Part shown: positions 59,332 through 64,000 of the stretch, piece by piece
Position numbering within the stretch: the stretch's first letter is position 1
Layout: each line of letters begins with the position of its first letter
Translations under genes and position numbers: made by a program
Notes under the pieces: generated by a model
Databases searched by the model: none
What the model was told of the DNA's origin: nothing
The model's input: only the letters and a program-made list of their open reading frames with translations
NCBI GenBank assembly: GCA_041744215.1
Contig: JBGTLG010000039.1
Coordinates: 96,001-160,000, forward strand
Source of the DNA: Fimbriimonadales bacterium
Lineage (GTDB): Bacteria > Armatimonadota > Fimbriimonadia > Fimbriimonadales > ATM1
DNA: 64,000 nt
Reading direction: 5' to 3'

Positions 59332-60447
59332 AGTCGCAGCTGACTTAACGATCTCAATCGCCAATCTCGTCAAGTCAACCAGATCTTTCTGAGACACATG
59401 TTCGTCGTGGGTGTGTATGTCCTTCATTCCGGTCCCGCACACAATTGTCGGCACACCCTTTGTGTTGAAGGCATTTGCGTCGCTTCCCCCTAGTGTCGAG
59501 CGCAATGGAAACTCAAACCCGAGTGCTTTCGCGGCGTGCAAGCCAACGCGAACGACGCGTGCGTCTTCTGCAACATGATAGCCGCCGTACGCGGTTTCAT
59601 GGTTTATCTCGACTTTTGCGCCGAATTGAGTGGCCGCATCGCTGAAACACTGCTTCATGTGTGCAGTTTGGGCGTCGAGTTTTGCTTTGTCGAAACTCCG
59701 CGCTTCACAGAGCATCCTTGCTTCTGCGGGCACGACGTTTCGTCCCGTTCCTCCTTCGATGACGCCAATGTTGCTGGTCGTCTCTTCATCGATTCGCCCG
59801 ACGCGCATCTTTGCGACGGCAGTCGCTGCCACTTGAATGGCATTGATGCCCTCTTCGGGATGCTTGCCGGCATGCGCGGGCCTGCCAATGACGCGAACGT
59901 CAAGTTTATCGTGGTGTCCTACGACATTTACGAATGACCCTACCGGCGGTCCAGTGTCGAAAACGTATCCAAAATCGACACCAACGCCCTGGATGTCACA
60001 AGCGAATGCGCCCTTTAGGCCGATTTCCTCCGCACAGCATAGGATTAGGTAGACATCCCCTCGGGGATCGTCCGACTCAGCGAGTGCATTCACCGCTTCG
60101 ATCGCCGGTGCCATTCCGGCTTTGTCATCTGCGCCGAGAATCGTGTCGGTGTCGCTGAAGTACACGCCATCGCGCAATCCGATTCGCAGTCCAGCGGTCG
60201 GTTCTACGGTGTCAAAATGAGCTGAGAAGAAAATTGACGGTGCATCCGGGAGGGTGCCCGGCAGTTTCGCGATTACGTTGTTCGCATTGCCCCCTATCTT
60301 TCCCCCAGCGTCGTCCTCCCAAACCTCCAATCCAATTCCCGTAAGATAGTTCTTGGTCCAATCGACGCACTCACGCTCTTGCAACGCCGGAGCATCGATC
60401 AGGCAAAGGTCTTCGAACAGTTTGAATAGTCTCGTCTCGTTGATCAT
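59326..60447 (-). CDS. M20 family peptidase (PepT-like tripeptidase)
   Basis: AHFDTV, LGADDKAG, EEIGL, GGSDAN, IHTHDE. Confidence 0.9.
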   Translation of the reverse strand: MINETRLFKLFEDLCLIDAPALQERECVDWTKNYLTGIGLEVWEDDAGGKIGGNANNVIAKLPGTLPDAPSIFFSAHFDTVEPTAGLRIGLRDGVYFSDTDTILGADDKAGMAPAIEAVNALAESDDPRGDVYLILCCAEEIGLKGAFACDIQGVGVDFGYVFDTGPPVGSFVNVVGHHDKLDVRVIGRPAHAGKHPEEGINAIQVAATAVAKMRVGRIDEETTSNIGVIEGGTGRNVVPAEARMLCEARSFDKAKLDAQTAHMKQCFSDAATQFGAKVEINHETAYGGYHVAEDARVVRVGLHAAKALGFEFPLRSTLGGSDANAFNTKGVPTIVCGTGMKDIHTHDEHVSQKDLVDLTRLAIEIVKSAATS

Positions 60448-60480
60448 TTGTATTCAAATCTCCATCGGTGAACAGCGAAC

Positions 60481-62262
60481 TCAAGCAACAGCCTCCACGA
60501 ACGCATTGACGTCGGACTCAATCACGGCCAAGCTCGATCTCCAAAACTCTGGACTTCGAACATCAATCCCGAAGCCCTCGGCCAACTCGGCCGCGGACCC
60601 CATACCGGTGGATGACAGCAGGTCATCGTATCTGCCTTTGAAGTCGTCGGGGGACTCAAGATAACGGGCATACAGCCCAAGCCCAAAGAGAAGCCCGAAC
60701 ATGTATGGGAAGTTGTAGAATGAGAATCCGTAGTAGTGAGGCTTTGCTGCCCACATATATGGATGCAATTGCTCAGAATCGAGTCCGTCGCCATACGTAT
60801 TCAGTTGCGCCTCTCTCATGATCTCGCAGAATTCCGTTGACGAGAGTTCGCGCTCAACTCTGCGCCCGAACACCGCTTTCTCAAACTCAAATCGACTTGT
60901 GATGTCAACTACTACCTGGCAGGCGCCCTGCAGCGATGCCTCTAGGATCGCGATTCGATCGCCGGGGCCGCACTCTTCGAGCGCAGCCTGTCGTGTTATT
61001 GTCTCGCAAAAAATGCTGGCAGTTTCAGCAAGCGTCATCGGTGTCGCGCGTTGCATTTTAGTGCGTCCGTTCAAGCAAAGATTGTGATACCCATGCCCGA
61101 GCTCATGGGCGAGCGTGCTCACTGCTCCGAAAGATGGCTTGAAGTTCATCATGATTCTGCTCTCGTCTTTTCGAATCCCTGAGCAAAATGCTCCATCCCG
61201 TTTACCGTCGCGCGGCTCGGCGTCGATCCATTCCTCGCGAAACGCGCGGATTGCGAAGTCTGCCATTTTGTCCGAGTAGGTGGCGAACGTTCTGAGGACC
61301 AGCTTCTTCCCTTCCTCGTAATCCCAGACCTTCGATTCGCTGCCGAGCGGGGCGAAGATGTCGTACCATGCGAGTTTTGGGATACCGAGTGCGCGCGCCT
61401 TTGCCCCAAGGTATCGGCGGAATGCCGGAAAAGCCTCCCTGGAAGCCGCCATCATTGCCTCCAAAGTTTCCAGATCAATGTTTGCCCTGAAGATCGCCTC
61501 CTCAAGCGGAGACTTCCAGCCTCTACGGCGATTTAGGGCGATAGCCTGGCCCTTTACTCCGTTGAGAGCGGACGCAATGACAAACTCGTTTCTGCTCCAC
61601 GCGTCAAGCTCCGCTTCGTAAGCCTCACGGCGCACGGTACGGTCATCGGAGTAGGCTAAGTTTCGCACTGCGCTCATAGGCAGCGACTCGCCTTGGAAAG
61701 TGACAGAGAGTCTGCTTGTGAAGTTTCCATGCAGCTTGCCCCAAGCCTGTGATCCGCTCGGCGCGAGATCTGCTGCCAAGTCTTCTTCGTTGGGGGTCAT
61801 CTGATGACTTGCCAAGACCTGCGCCTTCTTCAGTGCGAAGGAGTGGTTTCGCGCGACATCTGAAAGCTCGATCAATTCCTCAATGGGCAGGCAGCCGATC
61901 CACGCGTTGAGACGTGTTTCGAGTTTCCAGAAGTCAACCATTCGAGTTTGAAGTTCGCTGAGTTTCTGCTGAGCTGCGTCATGGCGGGAATCGACAGCGA
62001 CCAAACAACCGAGGTACGCGAAGATTGTCTGAGCTTCATCATAGCAACCGTTGAACTCGTCTGTAATAGCCTCAAAAGTCCCCTTGACTTCGGCGGCATT
62101 TGGACGCGACTTGATTTCCCCTACGCCATGTTTATCAAAAGAGTCTCGAAGCGCATCGACGCGGCCAGAGAGAGATCCGACCGCCTCAAGAAACTCAGGC
62201 GAGTCAACACCGGGAAAGACCGAGCGCATATCCCAGCGAGGCAAAGTGGTGGCGGCTAACAT
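60481..62262 (-). CDS. pepF: M3 family oligoendopeptidase F
   Basis: GKRDGAFC, TLAHELGHGYH, LAETASIFCE, FYNFPYMFG. Confidence 0.9.
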   Translation of the reverse strand: MLAATTLPRWDMRSVFPGVDSPEFLEAVGSLSGRVDALRDSFDKHGVGEIKSRPNAAEVKGTFEAITDEFNGCYDEAQTIFAYLGCLVAVDSRHDAAQQKLSELQTRMVDFWKLETRLNAWIGCLPIEELIELSDVARNHSFALKKAQVLASHQMTPNEEDLAADLAPSGSQAWGKLHGNFTSRLSVTFQGESLPMSAVRNLAYSDDRTVRREAYEAELDAWSRNEFVIASALNGVKGQAIALNRRRGWKSPLEEAIFRANIDLETLEAMMAASREAFPAFRRYLGAKARALGIPKLAWYDIFAPLGSESKVWDYEEGKKLVLRTFATYSDKMADFAIRAFREEWIDAEPRDGKRDGAFCSGIRKDESRIMMNFKPSFGAVSTLAHELGHGYHNLCLNGRTKMQRATPMTLAETASIFCETITRQAALEECGPGDRIAILEASLQGACQVVVDITSRFEFEKAVFGRRVERELSSTEFCEIMREAQLNTYGDGLDSEQLHPYMWAAKPHYYGFSFYNFPYMFGLLFGLGLYARYLESPDDFKGRYDDLLSSTGMGSAAELAEGFGIDVRSPEFWRSSLAVIESDVNAFVEAVA

Positions 62263-62473
62263 GGCTCAATTCTGCATTGTCCGAAGCCCTTATCGCCCAG
62301 GAACTCACAATAGCTGAATTGCTAAAGCAGATAAAGAACATTGTTTTCCGCCAAACTTATACTCTGAAAGCTCCGTGAATTTTCTACGATCGGCACAGAA
62401 CGGCCGTTCTCGTCGTCTTAGGTGTGGGCTCTCTCCCCTTACTCATCCGGAGGAAGCCCGTCAGGAGGAAACT

Positions 62474-62755
62474 ATGAAAACTGTACTTTGTGTGGCGCTG
62501 TTCGCTTGTTCGGCATTTGCACTCTCTGGGTGCTCCGGTGATGATCCGTCACCTGAACAGGGGCCCGCTCCGGAAATCACGACCGAGCAGAAAAACAACT
62601 CGGCCGCGACCAACGCACCTTCGACAACGACGAACGACGGGCCGCAGGCAGTCGAGGCGCAGTGCGCCGACTGCATGATTAGCTTCGACAAGGCTCGCAT
62701 GAAGGAGATCGAAGGCCGTTGGTACTGTGAGTCCTGCGCTGCGAAAAAAGGGTAG
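62474..62755 (+). CDS. Small lipoprotein with C-terminal CxxC...CxxC
   Basis: AGGAGG RBS; lipobox LSGC; low-complexity linker; CADC...YCESC. Confidence 0.75.
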   Translation: MKTVLCVALFACSAFALSGCSGDDPSPEQGPAPEITTEQKNNSAATNAPSTTTNDGPQAVEAQCADCMISFDKARMKEIEGRWYCESCAAKKG

Positions 62756-62849
62756 CGGCAACAGCCCTTTTGCCTTTTAGGAGATTGGGGCTTTGTCCTC
62801 AATCTCCGAACGTGGGCTAGTCAACGGCTATACTCCTCTTTATTCGCCT

Positions 62850-63764
62850 ATGCCAGTTGCTCAGGTCAGCGGCCTAACGGTCACGTACGGAAAAAAGGTC
62901 GCGGTTCAAAATCTTACTTGCGACATTCCCGAAGGTTGCGTGGGGCTGCTCGGACCAAATGGTGCGGGCAAAACGACCCTCATCAAGGCCCTCCTGGGAT
63001 TCGTCACACCGGTGACGGGCACGGGAAACGTGTTGGGCCACGACATCTACACTGAGCCCCTCCAAATCCGAATGAACGTCGGACTAATGCCAGAGTTAGA
63101 CTGTCACATTCCGGGACTAACAGCCGTCGAGTACGTGGCCTACGCCGGCGAACTGAGTGGGATGCCTCGGTCGCACGCGATCCGGCGATCTCACGAAGTG
63201 TTGGACTACTGCGCGCTTGGCGAAGCGAGATATCGCAATCTGGAAACTTATTCGACGGGGATGAAGCAACGCGCCAAGCTGGCGCAAGCGCTCGTACATG
63301 GGCCCAAACTCCTATTCTTAGACGAACCGACAAACGGGCTTGACCCTGAGGGTCGAGACGAAATGCTCGATCTTATTCGCGACATCTCTCATGACAAGGG
63401 CGTGAACGTAATCGTCTCTTCGCATCTGCTACCTGATATTGAAAAAACTTGCGACTACGTCATCGTCATGCAAGAAGGGACTGTTCGACGACAAGAAACC
63501 GTCGCAGGGATTCGTGCGATTAGTGCGACACAGTGGGACGTCGAACTGCGGGAACCCTCCGAAGCTTTCGTCAGCGCAGTTTCGACGGAAGGGGGAAGTT
63601 TGTTGCGGTCCTTGTCCAATTTCTACCGCCTCGAAATGTCCGCAGATGAGGTTCCAGCTTCGCTGCGCATCTTCCGCTCGGCGCGTGCAGCCGGGGCGCA
63701 AGTGAGGTCGCTTCGGGCGGCGCAGCGCTCGCTCGAAGATGCGTTCTTGGAGGCAATTCAGTGA
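62850..63764 (+). CDS. ABC transporter ATP-binding protein
   Basis: GPNGAGKT, YSTGMKQR, LDEPTNGLDP, SSH. Confidence 0.93.
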   Translation: MPVAQVSGLTVTYGKKVAVQNLTCDIPEGCVGLLGPNGAGKTTLIKALLGFVTPVTGTGNVLGHDIYTEPLQIRMNVGLMPELDCHIPGLTAVEYVAYAGELSGMPRSHAIRRSHEVLDYCALGEARYRNLETYSTGMKQRAKLAQALVHGPKLLFLDEPTNGLDPEGRDEMLDLIRDISHDKGVNVIVSSHLLPDIEKTCDYVIVMQEGTVRRQETVAGIRAISATQWDVELREPSEAFVSAVSTEGGSLLRSLSNFYRLEMSADEVPASLRIFRSARAAGAQVRSLRAAQRSLEDAFLEAIQ

Positions 63765-64000
63765 GTGCCCCGGGCGGACCGATCGCGGACCTCAGCTATC
63801 GCAATTACGACGGCCCAAAATCCGTTGACGGCTTTCGCTGGTGGTCGATCGCGAAGAACGGCATAAGGGGCGCTATGCGCAAAAAGTTCTTTTGGGTGCT
63901 CGTGGCCTTGGCGATGTTGCCGTACCTCTTCTTGATCATCCAGATGATTCTGCTTTCGACAATAACAAGCGTTAATGAGGCGGCATCAGAGAACATGCCG
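63761..64000 (+). CDS. ABC transporter permease, N-terminal part (runs off the window)
   Basis: GTG overlaps the ATPase stop (GTGA); MSAPGGPIADLSYRNYDGP...RKKFFWVLVALAMLPYLFLII; frame open to the window end. Confidence 0.7.
   Translation, partial: MSAPGGPIADLSYRNYDGPKSVDGFRWWSIAKNGIRGAMRKKFFWVLVALAMLPYLFLIIQMILLSTITSVNEAASENMP

Overview
A 64-kb stretch of core chromosome from a GC-rich, probably diderm bacterium. The gene complement and protein style suggest Armatimonadota/Fimbriimonadia; this is an inference and was not checked by search. It is densely coding, with about 60 CDS and two tRNAs, Gly(GCC) and Arg(CCG). Housekeeping content includes mtnP, tig-clpP-clpX-phoU, an ATP synthase cluster (atpZ/I-B-E-F-H-A-G) that lacks atpD/atpC here, acpS-purN, lipB-rnhB-yraN, apt, an ECF sigma/anti-sigma/membrane protein/glnD unit, trkA-like genes, lysA, aspA, a GH38 alpha-mannosidase, sbcDC and several peptidases. 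No CRISPR array, integrase, transposase, prophage or rRNA is visible. The most unusual element is a two-gene cassette between tRNA-Gly and tig: a membrane-anchored LuxR-HTH regulator whose extracytoplasmic domain is about 38% identical, without gaps, to the adjacent lipoprotein. It is a candidate new transmembrane co-component signalling system. Also notable are a large HEXXH protein at the left edge that the ORF track misses, a recurring leaderless-gene signature, a terminator-like hairpin after atpE, and a sigma28-type promoter before an EAL-HDOD gene.
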